Source: Candidatus Brocadiia bacterium
Lineage (GTDB): Bacteria > Planctomycetota > Brocadiia > SM23-32
Length of the DNA: 64,000 bases
NCBI GenBank assembly: GCA_046483385.1
Contig: JAWODG010000026.1
Span: 26,816-90,815 of the forward strand
Direction of reading: 5' to 3'
Positions 25,244-34,525 of the stretch are shown here, piece by piece. The notes beneath the pieces are model-generated. The model ran no database searches, was not told the DNA's origin, and worked only from the letters and a program-made list of their open reading frames with translations. Both the position numbers and the translations under genes were made by a program. The first letter of the stretch is position 1; each line of letters begins with the position of its first letter.

Positions 25244-26591
25244 CCCGCTCCGGCTCTTCCAGCAGTCCTTTGAGCGTTTGGAAGAATTCCGCTGCCTGCA
25301 CGCCGTCTATGGCCCGGTGGTCGGCGCTGATCGAGACATCCATCACGCGCCCGACCCAGATTTTCCCGTCCCCGGCCATCGGCTCCTCCCGGATGCGGCC
25401 GATGCCGATAATGCAGCTCTCCGGCGGGTTGATGATGGCCTGGAAGTAATCCACGCCGTACATGCCCAGGTTGCTGATCGTAATCGATCCGCCCTCGTAT
25501 TGCTCCGGGATCAGGCGTTCTTCGCGCGCCGCCTCCGCCAGAGAGCGCAGCTCGGGCGCTATCTCCTCGACACTCTTGCGGTCGGCGCTTCGCACGACGG
25601 GGACAAAGAGCCCGTCCTCGACCGCCACCGCCACGCCCACGTTGCACTCGCGGTTCAGCACAACCGCATCGCCGTCGAAGCGTGCGTTCACACGCGGATG
25701 CTCCCGCAGAGCCAGACCCACCGCTCGCACGAGGAGGGCCGTGACCGTCAGCTTCACTGGTGATTCCTCCTTCAGTCGGGCCAGCAAATCCATGGCCCCG
25801 CCCATCTCAACCTGTCCCACCAGATAGAAATGCGGGACGGTTTGCTTGGACTCGGTCATGCGCTCCGCGATGGTCTGGCGCATGGGGGACAGCTCGATGC
25901 GCTCCCCCGCGCGCGCGGCCGGCAGGGCGACGCCCTCGGCGACCGCTCGCTCGACGTCCTCCCGGTCGACACGCCCCTCCGTGCCACGAGCCACGGCGAG
26001 GAGGTCCACCCCCTGCTGGTAAGCGTACGCACGGGCTGTCGGCGTGAACGAGGCCCCCTCGAGTGCCCCGAGGTACTCCCTGATGTCGCGTTCTATGATG
26101 CGCCCGCCCGGGCCTGAGCCGCTCAGCGCTTCAAGGGCCACCATGTTCTCTTCGGCAACCTTTCGGGCACGCGGAGAGGCAAAGATGCGTCCCGGGGGTC
26201 CAGCAGTCGCGAGCGCAGCCGAGGTCGCGGGCGCAGTCGAGGCCGCGGGCGCGGTTGCAGCGGTCCCCGTAGCGGGCTCCTCTGCCGGGGCTTCCACCTC
26301 GGCTTCAGCGGTCGGAGCCGCACCCGCTCCCAGGTCGTCCGGCAGCTCCTCATTCGGGTCGCCGACCACCGCTATGAGCTCGTTGACGGCCACGGTTTCG
26401 CCCTCGTCCGCCAGTATCTTCCGCAGCGTGCCGGCGACGAACGCCTCCACTTCGAGCGTGGCCTTGTCGGTGGTCAACTCGTAGAGAACTTCGCCCTTCT
26501 CCACGGTGTCCCCTTCGGCCTTGTGCCACTTCTCGATGGTGCCTTCCTCCATTGTCTGCCCCAGGCGGGGCAAAAAGACGCGGTGCAGCAT
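25233..26591 (-). CDS. 2-oxoacid dehydrogenase E2 (dihydrolipoamide acyltransferase) component
   Basis: Lipoyl domain (LGQTMEEGTIEKWHKAEGD...LTTDKATLEVEA), an A/P-rich linker, a subunit-binding domain (ASPRARKVAEE) and the catalytic SADHRAIDG. No E1 or E3 gene lies in the window. Confidence 0.85.
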   Translation of the reverse strand: MLHRVFLPRLGQTMEEGTIEKWHKAEGDTVEKGEVLYELTTDKATLEVEAFVAGTLRKILADEGETVAVNELIAVVGDPNEELPDDLGAGAAPTAEAEVEAPAEEPATGTAATAPAASTAPATSAALATAGPPGRIFASPRARKVAEENMVALEALSGSGPGGRIIERDIREYLGALEGASFTPTARAYAYQQGVDLLAVARGTEGRVDREDVERAVAEGVALPAARAGERIELSPMRQTIAERMTESKQTVPHFYLVGQVEMGGAMDLLARLKEESPVKLTVTALLVRAVGLALREHPRVNARFDGDAVVLNRECNVGVAVAVEDGLFVPVVRSADRKSVEEIAPELRSLAEAAREERLIPEQYEGGSITISNLGMYGVDYFQAIINPPESCIIGIGRIREEPMAGDGKIWVGRVMDVSISADHRAIDGVQAAEFFQTLKGLLEEPERVTG

Positions 26592-26688
26592 GTCTGTCGG
26601 CTCCGGGAATGGTGTGGATTGATGCCGGTGCGTCGGTGGCTCACCGGAGAAGATATTCTACGCCAGCACATGCTCGGCCGCAAACTCT

Positions 26689-27828
26689 TCAGCTCTCCGC
26701 CGGCCCGCCGCGGAAGAGCGGACGGCGGTGCATTGCGACGCTCGCGACCAGACCGAAGGCGGCATACGTCGTCAGCAGGGACGATCCCCCGTAGCTGACC
26801 AGCGGCAGGGTGAGCCCCGTTATCGGGGCCAGGCGCAGGGAGATGGCCATGTGGAGGAACGCCTGCACAGCGAACAGCGACAGGACGCCTCCCACCACGA
26901 GCCGGCCGAAGGGGTCCTCCGTCCGCCACATGACCAAGACCATGGACGAAGCGAGAACCACGTAGATGACGATGACGGGGGCGGTCCGTGCGAAACCCCA
27001 CTCCTCCGCAATGACGGGGAAGATGAAATCCGTATGGCGCTCCGGCACGCGGCCGAGCCGGTTGAGCACCCCCCTGCCCCACCCCTGCCCGTCCATGCCG
27101 CCCGCGCTGATGGCCAGCATGGCCTGCTCGGCGTTGTACGATGCGCTCGATTCCGGGTTGGCGGCCGGGTTGAGGAAGCTTATCACCCGGTCCTTCTGAT
27201 ATTGTTTCAGCACGCCCGGGGTGAACCACGCGCCGGCCAGCAGGACGCAACCCGCCACCCCCAGCAGAATGAGGTTCCGCCACCGAACACCTCCGAGGAA
27301 GGCAACGCCGCAGAAGACGGGAACCAGCATAACGGCCGACCCAAAGTCCGGCTGGATGACTATCAGCGCCATGGCCACTCCGGTCATTCCGATGGGCACC
27401 AGGAGGTCCCGCAGACGCTTCCTGTGCTCCGGAAAACGGAAGTAGTCCGCCAGCGCCAACGCGAGCAGCAGCTTCATCGGCTCGGAGGGCTGAACGCGGA
27501 ACAGCCCGAGGTCATACCACCGGCGGGCGTTGTTGACGATGAGCCCGAGAGGCGTCCAGAGGCCGACAAGCGCGAGTAACCCCAGCAGATAGAGCGGCAA
27601 TGTGACGCCCGCCGCGTGCCGGTAGTCCACGACGGCAACCACGAAAAAGACGATGCACCCGAGGCCGCCGAACACGAGGTGTTTGACCGCAAACGTCTGC
27701 GAATGCGAGCTCCAGATGAACGCGGCCCCAAGCCCGGTGAGAATAAGGGCCCCGATGGGGAGCGCCCAGGGCATGCGTCGCCATCGGATGCTGCCCGTCA
27801 CCGCCCGAACTGTATCACGTAAGCTCAC
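26689..27828 (-). CDS. SEDS-family peptidoglycan polymerase (FtsW/RodA/SpoVE family)
   Basis: 379-aa polytopic membrane protein with QPSEPMKLLL, TDFIFPVIAEEWGF and PLVSYGGSS motifs. RodA and FtsW cannot be told apart from sequence alone. Confidence 0.85.
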   Translation of the reverse strand: MSLRDTVRAVTGSIRWRRMPWALPIGALILTGLGAAFIWSSHSQTFAVKHLVFGGLGCIVFFVVAVVDYRHAAGVTLPLYLLGLLALVGLWTPLGLIVNNARRWYDLGLFRVQPSEPMKLLLALALADYFRFPEHRKRLRDLLVPIGMTGVAMALIVIQPDFGSAVMLVPVFCGVAFLGGVRWRNLILLGVAGCVLLAGAWFTPGVLKQYQKDRVISFLNPAANPESSASYNAEQAMLAISAGGMDGQGWGRGVLNRLGRVPERHTDFIFPVIAEEWGFARTAPVIVIYVVLASSMVLVMWRTEDPFGRLVVGGVLSLFAVQAFLHMAISLRLAPITGLTLPLVSYGGSSLLTTYAAFGLVASVAMHRRPLFRGGPAES

Positions 27829-27831
27829 AAC

Positions 27832-29055
27832 TCACTCCACCAGAGCCGCTCCGGCGGCGGAACGACAGAAGTAAACTTCGGCCTCGCCTTCCATATCGGG
27901 ATGCTCCTCCAGGTATTCCCGTAGCGCCTGCTCGGCTATCCGGGGTTCCGACTCCGGGCGGGCCAGGCCGATGCAGCATCCCCGGAAGCCCGCGCCGCTG
28001 AAGCGCGCCCCGTACACACCCGAACACTCCCGCAGGACTCGGAACGCCGTGCGCAGGTAGTCGTTGCCGCACTCGTAGTTCTCCACGGAGCTTCGACCGG
28101 ACTCGTCCATCAGCCCACCGAAGGCCTCCAGGTCGCCGTCACGCCAGAGTTCGAGACCTCTGTGCACTCGCTCCTGCTCGCCGAAGTAATGCGCCGCGCG
28201 ACGCCGCAGGGGCTCCGGCAACTGCTCGCCGTAATGGTCGAACGCTTCGGGCGGCACGGCCCGCAGAACCGGCACCGTTGGCACCTCCATGCCCGCGGCC
28301 TCGAGCAGACGCCGCGCCGCCTCCCGGCACTCGGCCACGCGCCGATTGTAATCGCTGTCCGACAACGGGAAGCGCAGTCCGCTGAACAGGACAGCCACGG
28401 AAAACTCGTGCTTCCCGCCGAAGGGAATGAGCCGACTCTGCCCTGTCTGACAGTCAAGGTGCATCAAGTGCCGGGGGCGGCTCAGCAGGATGCTGGACTG
28501 GTCAAGGATTCCGTTGTTCAGGCCGATGTAGTCGTTCTCTATCCGACGGTCCAGCTCGATGTTCGCCTCGTCCGTGACGGACAGGCCATTGGCTTTCTCG
28601 AGCGCCAGCAGGTACGCCACCCCGGCCGCGGCGGACGAACTGAGACCACCCACGTTCTCGTATCCGTCAACGATGCCTCTGAACCCCACCCTCAGGTCGT
28701 GGTCTCTCCTCAGCGCGTGCACGGCGCCCCGCAGGTAGTCTGCCCAGTCGCCCGTCGGCTCGGTCTGCGGTGCTGTTAGAGACACGCTTGCCGTCCCGGG
28801 GAACTGATGGCTCCGCACCTGCACGACCGCATCATCTTGAGGAGAAAAGCCCAGCAGCAACGACATATCCAGCGCCATGCCCGTGACCTCGCCGAGTTGG
28901 TGGTCCACGTGAGCCCCGAGAGGACAGACGCGGTACGGGCTGCGCACGAGGGAAACGTCTTCGGGGGCCGCGCCCGTCCACTCCGCCACCTCTGGCCGGA
29001 GCGCGGCGGCACGGTCTTGCTCCCGTTCGGTCAGTTCCTGGAATTCCATGCGCAT
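27832..29055 (-). CDS. GHMP-family sugar kinase, galactokinase-like
   Basis: The start at MRMEFQELTE (29055) avoids overlap with the upstream gene. Contains the galactokinase-like signature SPYRVCPLGAHVDHQ and the GHMP motif II NVGGLSSSAAAG. Confidence 0.75.
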   Translation of the reverse strand: MRMEFQELTEREQDRAAALRPEVAEWTGAAPEDVSLVRSPYRVCPLGAHVDHQLGEVTGMALDMSLLLGFSPQDDAVVQVRSHQFPGTASVSLTAPQTEPTGDWADYLRGAVHALRRDHDLRVGFRGIVDGYENVGGLSSSAAAGVAYLLALEKANGLSVTDEANIELDRRIENDYIGLNNGILDQSSILLSRPRHLMHLDCQTGQSRLIPFGGKHEFSVAVLFSGLRFPLSDSDYNRRVAECREAARRLLEAAGMEVPTVPVLRAVPPEAFDHYGEQLPEPLRRRAAHYFGEQERVHRGLELWRDGDLEAFGGLMDESGRSSVENYECGNDYLRTAFRVLRECSGVYGARFSGAGFRGCCIGLARPESEPRIAEQALREYLEEHPDMEGEAEVYFCRSAAGAALVE

Positions 29056-29075
29056 GCGTCTCCCGGGTAAGCCCG

Positions 29076-29666
29076 CTACCTCTTCTCGCCCTGCCGGGCG
29101 GCTCTGAACTTCGGCTCCAGGCGCCGGAGCAACCCGCTCAGGCGGCCGCGGACATCCTTCAGGTCGGCCTCGTTGGGGCGCTCCCCGATGTCGCCAAGCC
29201 GGCCCAGGGTGTTGGCCTCCCGGCGGGACTCCCCGTGGAAGCAACCCACCACCGGCCACTCCGCCACCACGGGTATGCCGGCATGTTCAAGGAACTGGCC
29301 CATGTACTTCAGCGCCGGCACCGCCTCCCGAATGCCGGTATGAGGACCGGCGTAGGTGCAGAACACGGCCGCGTAATGTCCGGGGCGTTCCGGCGCCGCC
29401 AGACGGACGTAATCATGCTCGCGCTGCTGCCGCTTCAGAAACTCCACCATGGGCTCCGCCGGCAGGAACTGATACACCGGCGCGCCCACGAGGATCAACT
29501 CATATTCGAGGTAGTCCAGGCTGAGGTCGGCGGTGACCTGCTCCAACCGTGCGGCATGACCGGAGGAGGCCAGTTCGTCGTGCAGGCTCTTCGCCACGCG
29601 TTCCGTGTTGCCCCCTCCGCTCCAGTAGAGCACTACGGCGTCGAAGGACAGCTTTCCTTGATTCAC
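29076..29666 (-). CDS. flavodoxin-like fold protein
   Basis: N-terminal VVLYWSGGGNTERVAKSL resembles the flavodoxin phosphate-binding loop. Protein is 196 aa. Confidence 0.65.
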   Translation of the reverse strand: MNQGKLSFDAVVLYWSGGGNTERVAKSLHDELASSGHAARLEQVTADLSLDYLEYELILVGAPVYQFLPAEPMVEFLKRQQREHDYVRLAAPERPGHYAAVFCTYAGPHTGIREAVPALKYMGQFLEHAGIPVVAEWPVVGCFHGESRREANTLGRLGDIGERPNEADLKDVRGRLSGLLRRLEPKFRAARQGEKR

Positions 29667-29745
29667 GTTCCGCTCCCGGGCCGGTCTGTAGTGTAGGTCT
29701 ACGAGGATAACAAAGCGGCCTCCGCCCCGGCAACCGCATTCACTG

Positions 29746-29773
29746 TTGACGCCCCCCCTGGCCGCGGTAGAAT
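29746..29773 (+). promoter_or_regulatory. candidate sigma70-type promoter for the Zn-ribbon gene and trxA
   Basis: TTGACG (29746-29751), a 16-nt spacer, then TAGAAT (29768-29773). The SD AAAGGAGG at 29792-29799 precedes the ATG at 29809. Confidence 0.5.
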
Positions 29774-29808
29774 ATATTCACTGACAGAAACAAAGGAGGT
29801 CCCTACCG

Positions 29809-30333
29809 ATGGCGGAAGTGGAACTCAAGTGCCCCAGTTGTGGACGCGCCGTTCAACTGGGCGACATAGAGTGCCCGCACTGCGGAGTGAACCTGAAGAG
29901 CGGCGAGAGTTTTGAGGCGCGGGTCAAGCGCGCCCGCGGCAAGGCGAAGCACCCGGAGGGCCTTACGGGAGGGATATACGTCGGCGTAGCCATAGTCTTC
30001 CTCCTCCTTTCCCTCGCCGGATACTTCTACCAGAGCCGCATGGAAAGCGTCATCGAGGAGAAGCCGGAACTGTTCGTCCACTACATCGAGGACCTCCAGC
30101 TCATTGAAGACTGGGAAGCCGCCGGGAGGTACGGGGACGCACGGAAGAAAGCTCAGGAACTGGCTGAACAGCTGCGACGCGAGGCCACCCGCATCAAGCC
30201 CAAACAGGCCTATGATCCGGACGCGAAGAAGGAGAAGTGGGACAAGCGGGGTGCCAAAAGACTGCTGAACAACCTGAGAGCGAAGGCGGAGCGCAAACTC
30301 GACGAGTTACCACAGGGGGAATCGCAGGAATGA
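29809..30333 (+). CDS. zinc-ribbon membrane protein, unknown function
   Basis: N-terminal CPSCGRAVQLGDIECPHCG (CxxC-x10-CxxC), one TM segment (IYVGVAIVFLLLSLAGYFY) and a K/E-rich helical tail. The stop codon overlaps the trxA ATG (ATGA). Confidence 0.6.
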   Translation: MAEVELKCPSCGRAVQLGDIECPHCGVNLKSGESFEARVKRARGKAKHPEGLTGGIYVGVAIVFLLLSLAGYFYQSRMESVIEEKPELFVHYIEDLQLIEDWEAAGRYGDARKKAQELAEQLRREATRIKPKQAYDPDAKKEKWDKRGAKRLLNNLRAKAERKLDELPQGESQE

Positions 30334-30662
30334 CCGAACAAGTGGCCGAGATCACTGACGAGAACTACGACGATGAAGTGGCCAACTCCGATCTGCCGGT
30401 CGTGGTGGATCTCTGGGCTCCCTGGTGTGGTCCCTGCCGGATGGTCGCCCCCGTGATGGAGGACCTGGCCGAACAATATGAGGGGAAGGTGAAGGTCTGC
30501 AAACTGAACGTGGACGAAAACCCCGCGACGGCCGGCAGATTCGGCGTCAACGCTATACCCACCGTCCTGCTGATACAGGATGGCGACGAAGTCAACCGTT
30601 TCGTCGGCGTTCAGCCCAAGGACAGCTATCAGGGCGCCATCGACGAACTACTCGAGGGCTGA
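30330..30662 (+). CDS. trxA: thioredoxin
   Basis: The ATG at 30330 gives MTEQVAEITDENYDDEVANSDLPVVVDLWAPWCGPCRMVAP, which includes the WCGPC active site. Protein is 110 aa. Confidence 0.9.
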   Translation: MTEQVAEITDENYDDEVANSDLPVVVDLWAPWCGPCRMVAPVMEDLAEQYEGKVKVCKLNVDENPATAGRFGVNAIPTVLLIQDGDEVNRFVGVQPKDSYQGAIDELLEG

Positions 30663-30695
30663 TTGCCCCCGACTCAAAGGCGTTGACGACGCGAA

Positions 30696-30750
30696 AGACA
30701 AGCGGACCGGGCCGCCTGGCTCGGTCCGCTTGTCTCCGTGTGGTTTTCTT
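30696..30750. terminator. strong bidirectional hairpin between convergent trxA and rplQ
   Basis: A perfect 14-bp inverted repeat, AGACAAGCGGACCG (30696-30709) and CGGTCCGCTTGTCT (30722-30735), extendable through the loop. A T-rich run TTTTCTT follows at 30744-30750 on the plus strand. Confidence 0.5.
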
Positions 30751-30762
30751 GGGGACGCCTCG

Positions 30763-31407
30763 CTACTCGTCGGCGTCCTCGCCGGCCGCCTCTTCCTCGG
30801 ACGACGCCTCGTCCGCGGGTCCCTCGTCCGCCGGGCCTGAAAGATCGACGGCGGGGGCCACCTCTTCCTCTTCGGCGCGTCCGGCCTCCTTTTCAACCAG
30901 TTCGAAGAGGGCCTGCGGCGCGTTGTCCCCCAGCCGGTTGCCGGTCAATTTCAGTGTTCGTTCTTGCCCGTTGATCTCGTAGGTAAACTCCGGGATCTCG
31001 CCCACGGCGGTGCCGATGGGGATGCCGAGCCGACTGCCGCTGAGCCGGACGATGCGGGTATAGCCACCGGGCCGGTCGGCGTATCGTTCGGCCAGGCATT
31101 CCTGCTCGCGCCAATCCCCCTCGCCGAACAGCTTCTGCACCATTTCCTTGTCCTGCAGGCGACCGAGCGCCATGCGGTAGTAGTGCAGGTACTTCGCCCG
31201 GTCGGCCGGATCGTCGGTGTCCCGGTAGGGCAGCGCGCGGCGGGCCAGAGTAATCAGGCGCTCCGCGAACCGTTGGACCTCCTTGGCTTTGGCCACCGTT
31301 GTGAAGATGCGTTCGTGCCGGAACAGGGAGCTGGCCATGTTCCTGCGCATGGCCTGGCGATGGCTGGGGCTTCTACTGAGCTTACGGCCTTTTTTCCTGT
31401 GTCTCAT
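30763..31407 (-). CDS. rplQ: 50S ribosomal protein L17 with internal insertion and acidic C-terminal tail
   Basis: Starts [28 protein letters not shown] and contains RPGGYTRIV and [12 protein letters not shown]. It is 214 aa against about 125 aa typical. Confidence 0.9.
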   Translation of the reverse strand: MRHRKKGRKLSRSPSHRQAMRRNMASSLFRHERIFTTVAKAKEVQRFAERLITLARRALPYRDTDDPADRAKYLHYYRMALGRLQDKEMVQKLFGEGDWREQECLAERYADRPGGYTRIVRLSGSRLGIPIGTAVGEIPEFTYEINGQERTLKLTGNRLGDNAPQALFELVEKEAGRAEEEEVAPAVDLSGPADEGPADEASSEEEAAGEDADE

Positions 31408-31454
31408 AGTCCGTTGCCTGTGGTCAGATCAGTCGTCTGTCAGTAAGGGCCGTC

Positions 31455-32465
31455 CTATTCTTCCTCTTCGTCTTCCTCTGCGAGCTGCCCGACCTCCAGG
31501 CCATGCTCTGCCAGACTTTCGGCCACCTCCTGTAGCGTGACTTCACCGAAGTTGCGCACGGCGAGCAGTTCGTCTTCCGACTTCTGCAGGAGGTCGCGCA
31601 CCGTCTTTATCCCCTCGCCCTCCAGGCAATGGGACGCCCGGGCCGGCAGGTCGAGAGCGCTGATGGGCATGCTGAGCTTGGACTCGGGGACCTCGGGCTC
31701 CTCCAGGTGGCGCACCTCGGGTATCGGTTCCGGTTCCTCTTGCGGCAGCCGGCGGGAGAGCTCAAAGTACTGGACAAACGGGTTGAGGTGCTTCCGCAGG
31801 ATCTTGCCCGATTCCACCAGGGCCAGCTCCGGGGAGACGGCCCCGTTGGTCTCGATCTGGACGATCAGCCGGTCGTAGTTCGTCCGGCGCCCCACGCGGG
31901 TATCCTCCACCCGGTAACTCACCTTGCGAACCGGGCTGAAGAGCGCGTCCACCGGCAGCAGCCCGATCTCCTTCGGAATCTCCAGCTCCTCCGAAGGTAC
32001 GTAGCCGCGACCCTTGCGCACGGTCATTGTACAGGAGAAGTCCGCATCGCCCGTCAGCGTTGCGATCACGTGGTCGGGGTTCACGATGTCCACGTCCGGG
32101 TCGGGCTCGATGTGCCCGGCGGTGACGGCGCCCTCCTCGTGCGCCTCAACGTGCAGTTCCTTCTCTTCGTCAGGATGCACTCGGAGCACGATTTCCTTGA
32201 GGTTCAGTATAATCTCCGGCACGTCCTCCCGGACGCCTTCGAGGGCGGTCAGCTCCTGCTGCACGCCATCTATGCGCGCCGATACGACGGCCGCTCCCTC
32301 GATTGACGATAGCAAAACGCGGCGAAGGCTGTTGCCGATAGTGTGGCCGAACCCGCGCTCGAAAGGCTCCGCAGTGAACTCGCCGAAAGTATCCGTCAAC
32401 GTGTCCCGGTCAACGGCCACCTGGAAAGGCAATTCCAGCCCGCGCCATCTGACTCTGACAGCCAT
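31455..32465 (-). CDS. rpoA: DNA-directed RNA polymerase alpha subunit
   Basis: The ATG at 32465 (SD GGAGAG upstream) gives MAVRVRWRGLELPF..., followed by FERGFGHTIGNSLRRVLLSSIEGAAV. The C-terminal domain carries ISALDLPARASHCLEGEGIKTVRDL. Confidence 0.9.
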   Translation of the reverse strand: MAVRVRWRGLELPFQVAVDRDTLTDTFGEFTAEPFERGFGHTIGNSLRRVLLSSIEGAAVVSARIDGVQQELTALEGVREDVPEIILNLKEIVLRVHPDEEKELHVEAHEEGAVTAGHIEPDPDVDIVNPDHVIATLTGDADFSCTMTVRKGRGYVPSEELEIPKEIGLLPVDALFSPVRKVSYRVEDTRVGRRTNYDRLIVQIETNGAVSPELALVESGKILRKHLNPFVQYFELSRRLPQEEPEPIPEVRHLEEPEVPESKLSMPISALDLPARASHCLEGEGIKTVRDLLQKSEDELLAVRNFGEVTLQEVAESLAEHGLEVGQLAEEDEEEE

Positions 32466-32520
32466 GTATCTCTCTCCGGTTAGTCGTCGCAGAAAAAGCG
32501 TCTGAGCCCCCGGTTGCGAA

Positions 32521-33144
32521 TCATCGCGAGCACAATTCCACAACCAGACCCTCTTCGATGTCCACCGTCACGTCGCTGCGCACAGGCATGCGGAGCACAC
32601 GGATGGTCAGGTCGGCCTCGTTCACTTCGAGCCATCCCCTCTCGGGATGCTCCGTCTCCTCGCGGTTGGCCCGGACCATGTCCAGTATGCTGTCCATCGG
32701 CTCCGGCCGGATCACGTCGCCCTCCTCAACAAGATAGTTGGGGGCGCGCACTTTGCGTCCGTTCACCTGGATGTGTCCGTGAGTGACGAGCTGCCGTCCC
32801 TGGGCCCGCGAAACAGAGAACCCGGAGACCGTCAGCACGTTGTCCAGGCGCCGCTCCAGCGTCACCAGGAGGTTCTCCCCGGTGTTGCCGCGCTGCTGCA
32901 CTGCGTCATCGAAGTAGCGGCGGAACTGCTTCTCGAACACGCCGTAGTAGCGCTTGCACTTCTGCTTCTCGCGCAGTCGAATGGCGTAAGCGCTGGGACG
33001 GCCACGCCGCCACCCGTGCATTCCGGGCGGCTTGCTGCGCCCTTCGATCGGGCACTTCGCCGTGTGGCACCGGGTTCCTTTCAGGAAGAGCTTCTCCCCT
33101 TCCCGCCGGCAGAGCCTGCACTTGGGTCCTGTATGTCTCGACAT
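32521..33144 (-). CDS. rpsD: 30S ribosomal protein S4
   Basis: The ATG at 33144 gives MSRHTGPKCRLCRREGEKLFLKGTRC. Confidence 0.92.
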   Translation of the reverse strand: MSRHTGPKCRLCRREGEKLFLKGTRCHTAKCPIEGRSKPPGMHGWRRGRPSAYAIRLREKQKCKRYYGVFEKQFRRYFDDAVQQRGNTGENLLVTLERRLDNVLTVSGFSVSRAQGRQLVTHGHIQVNGRKVRAPNYLVEEGDVIRPEPMDSILDMVRANREETEHPERGWLEVNEADLTIRVLRMPVRSDVTVDIEEGLVVELCSR

Positions 33145-33229
33145 ATTCGTGATACCGTGTTCGCTCAAAGATTCCGCGTCCCGTCCCCTTCCGGCGCACC
33201 GGAAGGTCGGGACGACAGGGCCGGCCTAC

Positions 33230-33607
33230 TCACACGCGCCGCCGCTTGGCGGGCCGGCAGCCGTTGTGAGGCAAGGGGGTCACGTCCTCGATCGACTGGA
33301 TGGCCAGGCCGGCGCCCTCCAGCGCCGTGATGGCGGCTTCGCGCCCCGAGCCGGGGCCCTTGACCTTCACCTCGATTTCTTCGATGCCCATGCGTTTCGC
33401 CTTGTCGGCCACGCGCTCGGCCGTCCTCTGCGCGGCGAACGGCGTGCCCTTCCGCGTGTTGCGGAAACCGCACGAACCCGCCGTCTCAAAGCACAGCACG
33501 TCACCTTTCAGGTCGGTGATGGTGATGCGCGTGTTGTTGAAGGTGGCCTGCACGTGGGCTATCGCCCGCGAGCCGACCCGCCTGGTCAGTCCTCTTCGCT
33601 TCGCCAT
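33230..33607 (-). CDS. rpsK: 30S ribosomal protein S11
   Basis: The ATG at 33607 gives [32 protein letters not shown]. Later contains GSGREAAI. Confidence 0.92.
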   Translation of the reverse strand: MAKRRGLTRRVGSRAIAHVQATFNNTRITITDLKGDVLCFETAGSCGFRNTRKGTPFAAQRTAERVADKAKRMGIEEIEVKVKGPGSGREAAITALEGAGLAIQSIEDVTPLPHNGCRPAKRRRV

Positions 33608-33660
33608 TCCTCTCGTCTCTCCCGTTGTCCTGGATATATGGAACTCAGATCGTTGTCCGT

Positions 33661-34482
33661 TCAGAATCCGTGCCGCTCGAGCACACCGGGGCACAACCGC
33701 TCGACGGCCGGCTTGACGCCGAACAGTTCCTTCAGCTCAACGTAGTTCTCCGCCCGGCTGCGGCTGGGTCCGCTACGCGTCTTCCGCGCGCAGATGCAGA
33801 GGTTCTTCGGGGTCAACCGCGGTGAACCGATTTCCTGCATCTCGACGTAGTAACCGGCGCCCTGAAGAAACTGCGCTCTCAGGACGTCGGTCAGCAGATT
33901 GGCCAGCCGGTAACGGACAGGCCCAAACTCGGTCATGGCCGTCAGCGGATGTCCGCTCTTGATCTGGCCTCGAATCTGGTTCTGGCAGCACGGCACCGTC
34001 ATAATCAGACGGGCGCCCAGGTCAATGCCCTTGGCGATGGCCTCGTCCGTGGCCGTGTCGCAGGCATGCAGGGCAAGAACCAGGTCGAAGCCCTCTTCGC
34101 TCTGGAACTGGACGCTGCGGCCGGCTACGTAGCGGACATCTTCCAGTCCAACGTCACCGGCCAGCCGCCGGCACTTCTCCACAAGCTCTTCATTGATGTC
34201 AACGCCGACAAGGTCGGTCTCTTTGCCTTCCAGGCGCCGCAGCACGACGGCCAGTGCTATACCCAGGTAGCTCTTGCCGCAGGAGCACTCGAGCACGCGC
34301 AGGCGCTCCTTCTTTGGCAGGAACTTCCGGACGTAGTGAAGTATCACGTCGCAGAAGCCCGCCACCTCCCGCAGCTTCTTGTCCTTCCGGGCATCCGTGC
34401 CGCCGTGGGGGCCAAGCAACTCGATATTCTTCAGCAGCCCTTCGTCGGCCAGAAGGCACTCGAGGGCTTCGCCATGTTCCAC
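33661..34482 (-). CDS. class I SAM-dependent methyltransferase (Methyltransf_32 / METTL25-RRNAD1-like by eye) embedded in the alpha operon
   Basis: Motif [13 protein letters not shown], motif II LVGVDIN, and [11 protein letters not shown]. It is 273 aa, on the same strand, with 43-nt and 53-nt gaps to rpsM and rpsK. Confidence 0.75.
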   Translation of the reverse strand: MEHGEALECLLADEGLLKNIELLGPHGGTDARKDKKLREVAGFCDVILHYVRKFLPKKERLRVLECSCGKSYLGIALAVVLRRLEGKETDLVGVDINEELVEKCRRLAGDVGLEDVRYVAGRSVQFQSEEGFDLVLALHACDTATDEAIAKGIDLGARLIMTVPCCQNQIRGQIKSGHPLTAMTEFGPVRYRLANLLTDVLRAQFLQGAGYYVEMQEIGSPRLTPKNLCICARKTRSGPSRSRAENYVELKELFGVKPAVERLCPGVLERHGF

Positions 34483-34525
34483 GGCAACACCCGCCCGTCA
34501 GAAAGAAAGCGTGGTGGGCAGCGTC

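Noticed and set aside
29056-29259. 68-codon N-terminal extension of the GHMP kinase ORF.
   Set aside because: It overlaps the flavodoxin-like gene and has G/P/R junk composition. The conserved kinase sequence starts at MRMEF (29055).
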